Positions 12,051-26,426 of a DNA stretch of 64,000 bases are shown piece after piece. Every line of letters starts with the position of its first letter. The first letter of the stretch is position 1. The translations under genes were made by a program, and so were the position numbers. Under the pieces are notes generated by a model, which worked only from the letters and a program-made list of their open reading frames with translations, did not search any database and was not told the DNA's origin. This DNA is from Lingula anatina. Lineage: Eukaryota > Animalia > Brachiopoda. The DNA is taken from the NCBI GenBank assembly GCA_051362555.1, contig CM120643.1, forward strand, positions 4,092,001 to 4,156,000, written 5' to 3'.

Positions 12051-13126
12051 CTATAAACCCACCTCTTTAATATCACTACTGGTACAGTGTATGCTTGAGC
12101 GTCAACTTACAACAACACTTTTTTTGATAAATTTATTTTATAAAATATTTCTTTGCAGTTTATTTGATGCTTGGACATAATAAGAGAAGGACCTGAAATG
12201 CAGAGCAAGATCAGAGGATAATCGGCTTTACGCGAGCTCTTTGCGGATTACGTGACCTCCTGTACAGGTAGCGAGCATATCACAGTAGTCGATGACTTTT
12301 TGTGTCATTGGGGCAGGTAGTTGGTGATAACGTGAGTCAATCCTTCGGGTGGATGAGACAATAAACTTATAGAGATTAAGTATAAATACAATTTGTTCTG
12401 TCAATTTGGAAGCTGTGTGAGAATTTGATATGTTTGTTCATGAAGGAATTCAAAATGCCCTTTGTGGAAAAGGCAATCTTGTTTGGAGCTATCAAAACAG
12501 CTTATCTGAGACAATGGGCAAATGTTTACCCAAACGCACATAGCTTCAAAGGAAGATGCTGCATTTCACGTCCTTTCCTTTTTATGTCCAAGTTTAATGT
12601 AAGTCTAATATTCTGGATCTTGAGGAAAAACCCTGGTCATTGACTTTTTTGTCTTTTCCAGTTCATCATCTGACTCCACACTACACTGTACTAGGAGGCA
12701 CAGGACTATACTGCCACAATGGAACACAATGACTCCAGACTACTACACTGTACTAGGAGGCACAGGACTATATTAAAATAAAAATAATAAAACACAATGA
12801 CCGCAGGCATATTTTCAAGATGGTCAGATAACAACATGAGTTTCATAAATCTTCATAAGTAGATCTCATTGTCTTCTGGATCTTTACATATTTCAGTGAA
12901 TTTTTGAATCTGTAATGCTGCTTAATCACAGCCTTTCAGCAAGTTTTTCATCTTGTTCAATGTAATGCCTGATATTTAGGTGAATTTGTGCTGCTAATGA
13001 TGTAAGAATTTTGATGTAAATTACCCAGGTATTTTAATGCTTTGTCAAAGAAAGTGAAGGAACAGTTTTAAGACACTTGAAAATAAAGTAGATTGTTTTA
13101 AAGATGTATTTTTTATTGTCTTCCTG

Positions 13127-13245
13127 TGGATCACACATGTCCTCCATATATGTTTGTATGTGGTAATATTGTTTCTGTATCAACTTATCTTCGAGCTGTG
13201 ACCACAACAATGATTGTAGAGATAACAGTGATGAGGAAGGGTGTA
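13127..13245 (+). pseudogene. LRP2: LDL-receptor class A repeat exon relic
   Basis: DHTCPPYMFVCGN/FCINLSSSCDHNNDCRDNSDEEGC with one frameshift; GTAAG donor; acceptor mutated (ctg). Confidence 0.85.
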
Positions 13246-13799
13246 GTAAGTATTGCTTAGAATGAAGATGGATATCAAAGAAATGGGTTGTCAGGTAGTG
13301 GGTTTCGACCTTACTGAAGCTATAAAGATTGCTTGTCAATTTAGTAAACTTGGGGAATTTAGAGACGAGTAATGGGTGTATTTGACCAGAAAATACCGAC
13401 TTCTAAGTTTGAAATCATGATATAAAATTATGTTCCAGCTTTAAAGTACAGATATTGGTCCATTTCTAAAACTGTTTCAAAGCTGATTCATATACTGCTA
13501 TTGAAAAAGATGTATGTAGTCACCTGTTATCAATTCCAGCATTCCCAACTTGTCCACATAGGGTGCCATTCACTCTCAGCAGGTTGGCTGTCATGGATCA
13601 CATTTGCCATTGATAGCAAGAAGAAGTCTTGTATGGGTATATATTGTTTTCCAGATGACAGTTATAGGTAATTTGCAACCTCCTACACAAACAAACTCAT
13701 AAAACAAACTCAACTCATTACATTTGCTGTTTTCTTTGAGAGTAAATAATACATTGTAATATTGATTCGGAAATATTTCTTTTCAAATTGGTTAATTCT

Positions 13800-16700
13800 C
13801 TCTCTTCTGATTATCAATTTCCAATAAACTTGACACTTAAAAAAAGACACAGACTACTGATCATCTTATCACAGATTTTCATTGTTGTTAAGCATCATTT
13901 CTACAGATTTCAGAAACACTGGACAAAATTTGTCAAAATTTTTAATGTTTAACTGTTTTGAGTCATGGAATTTGCCAGTGTTTTCTGTGTAATTTCCAGT
14001 TTTCTCAAATATATCATCTGAAGAAAATACTTTTCCTTAGATACAGTCAACTGATCATCTTATCACAGATTTTTATTGTTGTTAAGCATCACTTGTACAA
14101 AATTCAGAAATATTGGACAAGATTTGACAAAATTATTATCGTTTAACTATTTTATGTCATGGAATTTGCCAGTGTTTTGAGTAATTTTCAGATTTCTCAA
14201 ATATATCGTCCAAAGAAAATGCTTTTCATTAGATATGGTCAACTGATCAGCTTATCACAGATTTTAATTGTTGTTAAGCATCATTTGTACAAATTTCAGA
14301 AATATTGGATTAGATTTGACAAAATTATTATCGATTAACTATTTTAAGTCATTGCATTTGCCAGTCTCAATGTTATTTTCAGCTTTTTCAGTTATATTGT
14401 TTTTTTTTCCAGAGTACCCTTACCATGAAAAGGCAGGCAGTGAAAGACAGCACCAAGAGCAGCACTATGTCTTATCCATGTGTACAATACATGATATGAT
14501 TTAGGATATTGTCAAATATTGTGCTAACAGCATCCCATTCCAGAAACCCATTGTAAGGATTAATCTGCATCTGGCATTGATAGTAAGGGGAAGTGTTGCA
14601 TGGGTATATATTGTTTTCCAGATAACAGTTATAGGTAATTTGCAACCTTTTACACACACAACCTCAAGTCATCACATTTGCTATTTTATTTTATATTCAC
14701 ATTTCAAAATTATTAACATTTAACTATTTTAAGCCATGGAATTTGGCAGTGTTTTCAGTGTAATTTTCAGTTTTTTCAAAGATATTGTCGCAAGAAGATA
14801 CTTTTCATTAGACACAGTCATTTGATCAGCTTATCACAGATTTTTATTGTTATTAAGCATCATTTGTACAAATTTCAGAAATATTGGACTAGATTTGACA
14901 AAATTATTAACGTTTAACCGTTTTAAGTCGTGGGATTTGTCAGTCTTTTCAATGTAAATTTCAGTTTCCCCACATATATTGTCTCTAAAAGACACTTTTC
15001 ATTAAACACAGTCAACTGATGACATTATCACAGGTTTTTATTGTTGTTAAGCATCATTTGTAAAAATTTCAGAAATATTGGACAAGATTTGACAAAATTA
15101 TTAACGTTTAACTATTTTAAGTCGTGGGATTTGCCAGTCTTTTCAATGTAAATTTCAGTTTCTCTAAATATATTGTCTCTAAAAGACACTTTTCATTAAA
15201 CACAGTCAACTGATGAGCTTATCACAGATTTTTATTGTTGTTAAGCATCATTTGTACAAATTTCAGAAATATTGGACAAGATTTGACAAAATTATTAACG
15301 TTTAACTATTTTAAGTCGTGGGATTTGCCAGTCTTTTCAATGTAAATTTCAGTTTCTCTAAATATATTGTCTCTAAAAGACACTTTTCATTAAACACAGT
15401 CAACTGATCATCTTATCACAGATTTTTATTGTTGTTAAGCATCATTTGTACAAATTTCAGAAACACTGTACAAGATTTGACAAAATTATTAACGTTTAAC
15501 CATTTTAAGTAATGGAATTTGCCAGTCTTTTCAATGTAAATTTCAATTTTCCAAAATACGTTGTCCCAAAAAACACTTTTCATTAAACACAGTCAACTGA
15601 TCATCTTATCACAGATTTTTATTGTTGTTAAGCATCATTTGTACAAATTTCAGAAACACTGTACAAGATTTGACAAAATTATTAACGTTTAACTATTTTA
15701 AGTCGTGGGATTTGTCAGTCTTTTCAATGTAAATTTCAGTTTCCGCAAATATATTGTCTCTAAAAGACACTTTTCACTAGATACAGTCAACAGATCATCT
15801 AATCACAGATTTTTATTGTTGTTAAGCATAATTTGTAAAAATTTCAGAAATATTGGACAAGATTTGACAAAATTATTAACGTTTAACTATTTTAAGTCAT
15901 GGAATTTGCCAGTGTTTTTAGAGTAATTTTCAGTTTTCTCAAATATGTCATCTGAAGAAAATACTTTTCAATAGATATAGTCAACTAATCAACTTATCAC
16001 AGATTTTTATTGTTATTAAGCATCATTTGTACAAATTTCAGAAATATTGGACTAGATTTGACAAAATTATTATCATTTAACTATTTTAAGTCATGGGATT
16101 TGCCAGTCTTTTCAATGTAATTTTCAGTTTTTTCAGTTATATTGTTCTTTTTCCAGAGTACCCTTACCATGGAAAAGCAGGTAGTGAAAGACAGCACCAA
16201 GAGCAGCACTGTCTTATCCATGTGTACAATACATGATATGTGGCAAGATTTAGGACATTGTCAAATATTGTGATAACAACAACCCATTCCAGAAACCCAT
16301 TGTAAGGAGTAATCTGCTTCTGGCATTGATAGTAAGGAGAAGTCTTGTATGGGTATATATTGTTTTCCAGATAACAGTTATAGGTAATTTGCAACCTCTT
16401 ACACACACAACCTCAAGTCATCACATTTGATATTTTATTTTATAATCACATTGCAATATTATTAACATTTAACTATTTTAAGCCATGGAATTTGCCAGTG
16501 TTTTCAGTGTAATTTTCAGTTTTTTCAAAGATATTGTCACAAGAAGATACTTTTCATTAGACACAGTCATTTGATCAGCTTATCACAGATTTTTATTGTT
16601 GTTAAGCATCATTTGTATAATTTTCAGAAACACTGGACAAGATTTGACAAAATTATTAACGTTTAAGTCCTGGGATTTGCCAGTCTTTTCAATGTAAATT

Positions 16701-19700
16701 TCAGTTTTCGCAAATACTTTGTCCCTAAAAACACTTTTCATTAGATACAGTCAACAGATCATCTAATCACAGATTTTTAATGTTGTTAACCATCATTTGT
16801 TCAAATTTCAGAAATATTGGAATAGATTTGACAAAATTATTAACATTTAACTATTTTAAGTCATTGCATTTGCCAGTCTTTTCAATGTAATTTTCAGTTT
16901 TTTCAGTTATATTGTTCTTTTTCCAGAGTACCCTTACCATGAAGAAGCAGGCAGTGAAAGACAGCACCAAGAACAGCACTATGTCTTATCCATGTGTACA
17001 ATACATGATATGTGGAAAGATTTAGGACATTGTCAAATACTGTGATAACAAGAACCCATTCCAGAAACCCATTGTAAGGAGTAATCTGCATCTGACATTG
17101 ATAGTAAGGAGAAGTCTTGTATGGGTATATTTTGTTTTCCAGATAACAGTTATAGGTAATTTGCAACCTCTTACACAAACAACCTCAAATCATCACATTT
17201 TCTATTTTATTTTACAATCACATTGCAAAATTATTAACATTTAACTATTTTAAGCCATGGAATTTGCCATTGTTTTCAGTGTAATTTACAGTTTTTTCAA
17301 AGATATTGTCGGAATAAGATACTTTTCATTAGACACAGTCATTTGATCAGCTTATCACAGATTTTTATTGTTGTAAAGCATCATTTGTATAATTTTCAGA
17401 AACGCTGGACGAGTTTTGACAAAATTATTAACGTTTAACTATTTTAAGTCATGGGATTTGCCAGTCTTTTCAATGTAAATTTCAGTTTTCCCAAATATGT
17501 TGTACCCAAAAGACACTTTTCATTAGATACAGTCAACTGATCAGCTTATCACAGGTTTTTATTGTTGTTAAGCATCATTTGTACAAATTTCAGAAATATT
17601 GGACAAGATTTGACAAAATAATAAACATTTAACTATTTTAAGTCCTGGGTTTTGCCAGTCTTTTCAACGTAAATTTCAGTTTTCCCAAATATGTTGTCCC
17701 AAAAAGACACTTTTCATTAGATCCAGTCAACTGATCAGCTTATCACAGATTTTTATTGTTGTTAAGCATCATTTGTTCAAATTTCAGAAATATTGGACTA
17801 GATTTGACAAAATTATTAACGTTTAACTATTTTAAGTCATTGTGTTTGCCAGTCTTTTCAATGTAATTTTCAGTTTTTTCAGTTATATTGTTCTTTTTCC
17901 AGAGTACCCTTACCATGAAAATGCAGGCAGTGAAAGACAACATCAAGAGCAGCACTATGTCTTATCCATGTGTACAATACATGATATGTGGCAAGATTTA
18001 GGACATTGTCAAATATTGTGATAACAACAACCCATTCCAGAAACCCATTGTAAGGAGTAATCTGCATGTGGCATTGATAGTAAGGAGAAGTCTTGTATGG
18101 GTATATATTGTTTTCCAGATAACAGTTATAGGTAATTTGCAACCTCTTACACACACAACCTCAAGTCATCACATTTGATATTTTATTTTATAATCACATT
18201 GCAATATTATTAACATTTAACTATTTTAAGCCATGGAATTTGCCAGTGTTTTCAGTGTAATTTTCAGTTTTTTCAAAGATATTGTCACAAGAAGATACTT
18301 TTCATTAGACACAGTCATTTGATCAGCTTATCACAGATTTTTATTGTTGTTAAGCATCATTTGTATAATTTTCAGAAACACTGGACAAGATTTGACAAAA
18401 TTATTAACGTTTAAGTCCTGGGATTTGCCAGTCTTTTCAATGTAAATTTCAGTTTTCGCAAATACTTTGTCCCTAAAAACACTTTTCATTAGATACAGTC
18501 AACAGATCATCTAATCACAGATTTTTAATGTTGTTAACCATCATTTGTTCAAATTTCAGAAATATTGGAATAGATTTGACAAAATTATTAACATTTAACT
18601 ATTTTAAGTCATTGCATTTGCCAGTCTTTTCAATGTAATTTTCAGTTTTTTCAGTTATATTGTTCTTTTTCCAGAGTACCCTTACCATGAAGAAGCAGGC
18701 AGTGAAAGACAGCACCAAGAACAGCACTATGTCTTATCCATGTGTACAATACATGATATGTGGAAAGATTTAGGACATTGTCAAATACTGTGATAACAAG
18801 AACCCATTCCAGAAACCCATTGTAAGGAGTAATCTGCATCTGACATTGATAGTAAGGAGAAGTCTTGTATGGGTATATTTTGTTTTCCAGATAACAGTTA
18901 TAGGTAATTTGCAACCTCTTACACAAACAACCTCAAATCATCACATTTTCTATTTTATTTTACAATCACATTGCAAAATTATTAACATTTAACTATTTTA
19001 AGCCATGGAATTTGCCATTGTTTTCAGTGTAATTTACAGTTTTTTCAAAGATATTGTCGGAATAAGATACTTTTCATTAGACACAGTCATTTGATCAGCT
19101 TATCACAGATTTTTATTGTTGTAAAGCATCATTTGTATAATTTTCAGAAACGCTGGACGAGTTTTGACAAAATTATTAACATTTAACTATTTTAAGTCAT
19201 GGGATTTGCCAGTCTTTTCAATGTAAATTTCAGTTTTCCCAAATATGTTGTACCCAAAAGACACTTTTCATTAGATACAGTCAACTGATCAGCTTATCAC
19301 AGGTTTTTATTGTTGTTAAGCATCATTTGTACAAATTTCAGAAATATTGGACAAGATTTGACAAAATAATAAACATTTAACTATTTTAAGTCCTGGGTTT
19401 TGCCAGTCTTTTCAACGTAAATTTCAGTTTTCCCAAATATGTTGTCCCAAAAAGACACTTTTCATTAGATCCAGTCAACTGATCAGCTTATCACAGATTT
19501 TTATTGTTGTTAAGCATCATTTGTTCAAATTTCAGAAATATTGGACTAGATTTGACAAAATTATTAACGTTTAACTATTTTAAGTCATTGTGTTTGCCAG
19601 TCTTTTCAATGTAATTTTCAGTTTTTTCAGTTATATTGTTCTTTTTCCAGAGTACCCTTACCATGAAAATGCAGGCAGTGAAAGACAACATCAAGAGCAG

Positions 19701-21905
19701 CACTATGTCTTATCCATGTGTACAATACATGATATGTGGCAAAATTTAGGACATTGTCAGATATTGAGCTAACAGCAACCCATTCCAGAAACCCATTGTA
19801 AGGAGTAATCTGCATGTGGCATTGATAGTAAGGAGAAGTCTTGTATGGGTATATATTGTTTTCCAGATGACAGTTATAGGTAATTTGCAACCTGCTACAC
19901 AAACAACCTCAAATCATCACATTTGCTATTTTATTTTATAATCACATTGCAAAATTATTAACATTTAACTATTTTAAGCCGTGGAATTTGCCAGATTTTT
20001 CAGTGTAATTTTCAGTTTTTTCAAGGATATTGTCGAAAGAAGATACTTTTCATTAGGTGCAGTCAACAGATCATCTAATCACAGATTTTTATTGTTGTTA
20101 AGCATCATTTGTACAAATTTCAGAAATATTAGACAAGATTTGACATAATTATTAACGTTTAACTATTTTAAGTCCTGGGTTTTGCCAGTCTTTTCAACGT
20201 AAATTTCATTTTTCCAAAATATGTTGTCCCAAAAAACACTTTTCATTAAATACAGTCAACAGATCAGCTTATCACAGATTTTTATTGTTGTTAACCATCA
20301 TTTGTACAAATTTCAGAAATATTGGACAAGATTTGACAAAATTATTAACGTTTAACTATTTTAGTTATGACATTTGCCAGTCTTTTCAATGTAAATTTCA
20401 GTTTTCCCAAATGCATTGTCACAAAAAGACACTTTTCATGAGATACAGTTAACTGATCAGCTTATCACAGATTTTTATTGTTGTTAAGCATCATTTGTAC
20501 AAATTTCAGAAACATTTGACTGGATTTGACAAAATTGATAATGTTTAACTATTTTAAGCCATGAGATTTGCCTGTCTTTTCAATGTAAATTTCAGTTTTC
20601 CCAAATATGTTGTCCCAAAAAACACTTTTCATTAGATACAGTCAACAGATCATCTAATCACAGATTTTTATTGTTGTTAAGCATCATTTGTACAAATTTC
20701 AGAAATATTGGACAAGATTTGACAAAATTATTAACATTTAACTATTTTAAGTCATGGGATTTGCCAGTCTTTCCAATGTTATTTTCTGTTTTTTCAGTTA
20801 TATTGTTCTTTTTCCAGAGTACCCTTACCATGAAGATGCAGGCAGTGAAAGACAGCACCAAGAGCAGCACTATGTCTTATCCTTGTGTACAATACATGAT
20901 ATGTGGCAAGATTTAGGACATTGTCCAGGTCCGTAGCCAGCAATTTCAGAGGGGGGGCTCGTTTTCTGAAAAAGTGGACCTTTTACCATAAAATCCTCAA
21001 GTACATAGATCAAATTTTACCTTTTGAACCCCCTGAACCCCCCCCTGGCTACGGGCCTGTTGTCAAATGTTGTGATAACAACAACCCATTCCAGAAACCC
21101 TTTGTAAGGAGTAATCTGCATCTGGCATTGATAGTAAGGAGAAGTGTTGTATGGGTATATATTGTTTTCCAGATAACAGTTATAGGTAATTTGCAACCTC
21201 TTACACAAACAACCTCAAATCATCACATTTGCTGTTTTCTTTGAGAGTATATAATACATTGCAATATTGAAATATTTGTTTTGGTTAATTCTCACACTTC
21301 TGCATGATTATCAGTTTCCAATAAACTTGACACTTAAGAAAAGACGCAGACAACTGATCAGCTTATCACAGAATTTTATTGTTGTTAAGCATCGTATTTA
21401 TAGGTTTCAGAAACATTGGACAAGATTTGTCAAAATTATTCAAATTTAACTATTTTATGTCGTGGAATTTGCCCGTGCTTTCAGTGTAATTTTCAGATTT
21501 CTCAAATATATCATACAAAGAAAATACTTTTTATTTCAGAAATATTTGACAAGATTTGACAAAATTATTAACATTTAACTATTTTAAGTCATGAGATTTG
21601 CCAGTCTTTTCAATGTTATTTTCAGTTTTTGCAGTTTTATTGTTCTTTTTCCAGATTATCACAGATTTTTATTGTTGTTAAGCATCATTTGTAAAAATTT
21701 CAGAAATATTGGAAAAGATTTGTCAAAAGTATTAACGTTTAACTATTTTAAGTTATGGAATTTGCCAGTGTTTTCAGTGTAATTTTCAGATTTCTCAAAT
21801 ATATTGTACAAAGAAAATGCTTTTCATTAGACACAGACAACTGATCAGCTTATCACAGATTTTTATTGCTGTTATTGGACTAGATTTGACAAAATTATTA
21901 ACATT
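13800..21905 (+). repeat. Composite tandem array: ~194-bp satellite monomers interspersed with 7 copies of an exon-derived unit; 1748-bp higher-order repeat
   Basis: gtcaactgat recurs at 15011, 15205, 15399, 15592. Exon-like units (ttccag|agtaccc..gttatag|gtaat) start at 14413, 16157, 16927, 17903, 18675, 19651, 20818. Spacings 16927-18675 and 17903-19651 are both 1748. Confidence 0.95.
20926..21059 (+). mobile_element. MITE with caggyccgtagccag TIRs and 5-bp TSD, inserted in the last exon-derived unit
   Basis: caggtccgtagccag..ctggctacgggcctg; TSD ttgtc; same family as 39119-39285. Confidence 0.92.
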
Positions 21906-22042
21906 TTTAACTAATTTTCTTCACCTCTAAAGCCATACATATATGTGCGAGAATACATTGGCCATCACACAAAATAAGTGGAAATTACATTTGATGCTGT
22001 TTTCAAATGCCATTCAGTAAGGTATTTTTATTTCTGTTGCAG

Positions 22043-22177
22043 ATATCAATGAATGTGAAGAGACTCGATCCCTGGGTGTGCAGCCAGTTGTGTGAGAATA
22101 CTGTGGGCTCTTTCTCTGTAAGTGTGTCCATGGCTACCTAGAGACAGCTGATGGGTGGACCTGCAAAAGAAGAGGCA
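22043..22177 (+). pseudogene. LRP2: Calcium-binding EGF exon, frameshifted duplicate
   Basis: DINECEET../[33 protein letters not shown]; part of a ~600-bp duplication 21930-22530 vs 25160-25770. Confidence 0.9.
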
Positions 22178-22699
22178 GTAAGTAGCAGGGTTTTTTCTTG
22201 ATGGTAGTTTTTGTTATTGTAATTTTACAGTTTGTTTTTCCAGTACTGAAGGTTACAACTGGAGTGTCACCCTTTTGAATCAAGGGGTTATATTGACGAC
22301 TAGTTAAGTTTCTGTTCATATCAGGCAAATCAATAGGTCTTGGATTTTTCAAAAAGATGCAATTGTGAGCCTTATAGTTTTGAATCTGATTCATATATCC
22401 ACTTCTGTGTTTATTCTGCTGTGATAAATATATTTTGAAATACTCTATTTACTTGTCTTTAAGTTAAGATATAATATATTCATTTATTCTGCTTCACATC
22501 TTTTAATAAATCTTAAATTAGAAAAAATATTTGCTGAAATATATAATGATTATAGTAAATAGTTATTAATATTAGTAATTTCAGTTCAGTTCTGTGTTCA
22601 TAAAGTTTAATTATGTAACAGATATAGTTAATGGTTATCAGCCACCTAATGTTTTTCCAGTTCAGTTATATGTATACAGTTTTACTTCAGCTTTTGCTG

Positions 22700-23380
22700 T
22701 ATGTCATCATTTATATCAAATTTATGCTTGTTTCCTTTCGAGTCCTGTGTGAACACTTTTCCATTAAAATACCAGGCTGATTCAACCTTTTAGTGTTTTT
22801 TTACTTGCTTAATAAGCTCAGCGTTTAGTGGTGTGAGGTGGTCGTACATGTAGAATGCATCTTTCTGTGTCCTTTTATGTCTGATTATTTCCACCTTTGA
22901 CTCTTGGTTGACCATTCTGGCTATGACTGGGAGTGCAGCACCATTTCGTCCGGGAATCCGATGTATGGCCAGGATGTTAGCTGGGCCGGTTCACATTCAA
23001 ATTTGCTCACTCCTTGAGGATCTTGCATAATTCAGATCTCAAGTCTTCTTTGGGGGATTCTGGCCAATCAAGGAACTTAATGTTATTTTTCTGACTATAC
23101 TGCTGATTAAAATTACCCATTGATAAGGCTGCCTGGGCTTGTCTACAATAACTTTTCATCTTAATTGTCATTCATTTTTCTCAGTTCTGCTTCTTGTCTT
23201 ACTAGTTTTTTCAATCTTTTCTTTCAAAGGCACTCAACTTGGTCAGGTAGTCTTCAAGCTTTTTACTGATCTCACCTTTCTCTGCCTTCCATTTGTTGTT
23301 CTTCTCTCTAGCTGTTTGTTCTACGTCTGTGTGAAGGCAGTGTAGTTGTTGCTGTGTAGATTCATCTTTCTTGGAGCTTT
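22700..23380 (-). mobile_element. Degenerate L1/Tx1-type ORF1 fragment
   Basis: QQYSQKNNIKFLDWPE..ILAIHRIPG..YMYDHLTPLNAELI..AWY.NGKVF, similar to ORF1 at 1347-1832. Confidence 0.7.
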
Positions 23381-23399
23381 TTAGAATTTTCGAGGGCTG

Positions 23400-24420
23400 T
23401 TCATGTTTGTGTCAATTCTTTGTTCATCGTCTCAATCTAAGAAGCAAGCTTGTCTCTTTCCCTGGTGGTGTTTTCAAGGTCTTTTTGGAGCAGTCTTAGT
23501 TTGAGATCAATGTTTTTTTCATAGTGCTGTGAAATTAGGTGATAACACTGTTTTCAAAGTCGCGTAGGGCCGACATACAAATATCTTTGGTTGAGTTAGG
23601 CCCTTCATCTTCTCGTTGAGGTGATGTCTGGGACCCTGAGGTGGTCATTTCAGACATGGTTTGGGAGTGCTGGTGGGTGGAATGTACAGTTAGGCTCTAT
23701 TCCCATAGATTTTAGATCGATCTATCCCCACAGGGAGTCTCATTAGATTACTTTCAGATAATCCGACTCAAATGTCTGTCCTGCCTACTACAAGCTGTAA
23801 GGGGGTAATTAACTTTCGTGTCCGCCCGGCTGACAGCTATTTAGCGTGAACCCCCAGGGAGTTAGGTCGATCTAAAGTAGGTCGATCTAATCTATGGAAA
23901 TGGGGTGTTACACTCTGTGTTGCAATGTGCACAAAATTAGGCTTACTGCTTTCTTTTGTTGGCTGTGGGTGTTGACTGGTGTTGAATGAATCCAGTGTTT
24001 GTGTGGCCATGTTGATATTGTTACATCTATCTTGTTTGTTTATATTTGACCTTCCATTGAGGGCTTTTACAATCTCAGTGTCAACTTTAACACAACAGAT
24101 ACAAGTGAATTTCCTTGTTGATTGTGTAAGAATAGATAATTGGTATGCTGGCAGTTCAGTGTATTGGTAGTGTAACCACAATTTACAGACATTGCATTGT
24201 ATCATGTGTTCATCTTCTTCCCTATTACAAAGAGAGCAAAGGTTAGATATTTCATCCATAGCGTTACTAGTAGGGTCTGCTCCCCCATCATCTAAAAAGG
24301 AGTGAACCTGATCCGATCTGGCTAATGTGACCAGGTCATCCTAGGTCTGATCTAGGGGATCAGACCTCCTCTCAAGTCTTAGGACTATTCGTGACGGCTA
24401 ATGTTGGTATCTTCGTCCAC
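23400..24420 (-). mobile_element. PHD-finger ORF1 relic of a non-LTR retrotransposon, interrupted by a MITE
   Basis: CSLCNREEDEHMIQCNVCKLWLHYQYTELPAYQL..RKFTCICC (C4HC3 pattern with one Cys lost). Confidence 0.7.
23693..23907 (+). mobile_element. PIF/Harbinger-type MITE, copy 2
   Basis: ggctctattcccatagatt..aatctatggaaatggggtg; TSD TTA. Confidence 0.88.
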
Positions 24421-25274
24421 AAACACTCAACCGTTGGTAATCCCGTAGGAGTCCAGAAATAGTGCTGCATCCTGTAGTGAGTTAAAGCTTTTATGGCAGG
24501 CCCCAGTGAATTTGGTTGTACTTTGTTGTGCCATTGACCATTGCAGGAAGATTCCTATATGTCTCTACCTGCTGCTACTGCATAGAATTTTTTATTATCC
24601 GACGGCATTGTGAACAACAAAGGTCGGCTAGGGTTCCAACAAAGACCAAGATGGCGTAGTAATGGCTGTAAGCACGACGGATAGCAAACACGTCAAATTT
24701 TACCTTCACACGTGGCGTAAACACAAAAGTTTTTGTACTCACATAGTCCAGAGGGTCTAATCTTGATGTACCATATTATTGCTTCGTTTCCCCATCTACT
24801 CTCCTTAAACAGGAATTTAGAAGTACATTTCTAGAGATTTCCCTCCTTAGTGCTCGCGCATGCACATAATTTGTGTTAGGTATTCTGTGATTGGCTATTG
24901 CTCGTCTCTGTTAAATCACGTGGCCTTAACACACTTAGGGTTTTTTTGTCATCAGCTCTCTATTGATAAGGACCAATGATATTGCTTGAAATTGTCACAC
25001 CCCCAACTGTTTCCATTCACTCCGATATAATTCCCTGGTGTGAGTTAGTTCAGAATATACTATTAGGTAATTCTGATAAACTCAATTTTCTTTGTATTTG
25101 AACATTTTGAACAATTGAAAGTTTAAGAGATACTGTTCAGAGGCAAATTTTCTTTACATCTTAAGTCATACATATGTGTAAGAGTTCATTGGCCATCACA
25201 TAAAATCTAGTGGAAATTACATTTGATGCTGTTTTCAAATGCCATTCAGTAAAATATTTTTATTTCTGTTGCAG

Positions 25275-25406
25275 ATATCAATGAATGTGAAGAGACTCCC
25301 TGGGTGTGCAGCCAGTTGTGTGAGAATACTGTGGGCTTTTTCCACTGTAAGTGTGTCCATGGCTACCTAGAGACAGCTGATGGGTGGACCTGCAAAAGAA
25401 GAGACA
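25275..25406 (+). pseudogene. LRP2: Calcium-binding EGF exon (reading frame intact, 132 nt)
   Basis: gcag|(D)[43 protein letters not shown]|gtaag. Confidence 0.93.
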
Positions 25407-25780
25407 GTAAGTAGCAGGGTTATTTCTTGATGGTACATGTATTTTTTGTTATTGTAATTTTACTGTTTGTTTTTCCAGTACTGAGGGTTACAACTCTAAT
25501 GTCACCCTTTTGAATCAAAGGCTTGTATTTTATTACTGCTACTTAAGTTTCTATTTATATTGGGCAAATCAATTGGTCTTGGATCTTTCAAAAAGATGCA
25601 ATTGTGAGCCTTATAGTTTTGAATCAATTTCAAATAACCATTTTTGTATTAATTTTGCAGTGATAAACTTAGTTTGAAGTACCCTATTTACTTGATTTTA
25701 AGTGAAGATATTCAGTTCTTCTGCTTTCATCTTTTTTTTATTAAAATAAACCTTAAATTAGAAAAAAATATTATTTCCAG

Positions 25781-26039
25781 ATATTGAGCCTTTCATTGTC
25801 TTTACCAACAGCTATTATATCAGGAAGCTGTCCCTGGACGGTTAAGACTACCAGCTAAAAAGGCAAGGCCTTGGCAGTGCAGTAGCCTGGGACTTTGATG
25901 TCAAAGAAGATATGGTCTACTTCATCAATATCACTACTCACAATCTATACCGTATGCACACTATTGGCTCCAATGTGAAGGTGAATATCCACCATAACAT
26001 TCCAAATGGTAAGAGCATGGCAGTTGATTGGATGGGAAG
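25781..26039 (+). pseudogene. LRP2: First exon of a YWTD beta-propeller, one in-frame stop
   Basis: [59 protein letters not shown]; canonical splice sites. Confidence 0.93.
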
Positions 26040-26426
26040 GTACTGGTACTAGTTATAGATATATACTGATGGTACTGGACAGCTGGATAAGATAGGTGCC
26101 CCCTATCATGTCTTTACTATATACAGTTGATTGCTTGGGAAGGTACTGGTACTGGTAATAGATATATACTGATGGTACTGGACAGCTGGATAAGATAGGT
26201 ATTTTAACCAACCAAGGTTGAGCGATCTAGTTGTCCAGTGATGTCATTTGCGCTATTTTCTCCCAAAAGTCACACAAACATTGAGATGCTTTTAAAACAT
26301 GGTTTATTAGGAAATTTTGTCTTGAAATTTGTCATTGATTCTTAATGTGTTTGATGGATATTCTTTTACATTTCCCCAGTTAAGTGGACATAAAATTATC
26401 ATCATACTTCTCATTCCTATCTCTTA

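Noticed and set aside
14472-21208. Repeated minus-strand ORFs MCKRLQITYNCYLEN.. as a small-peptide gene family
   Set aside because: They start at non-ATG codons, vary in stops, and are the antisense of the plus-strand exon-derived repeat unit
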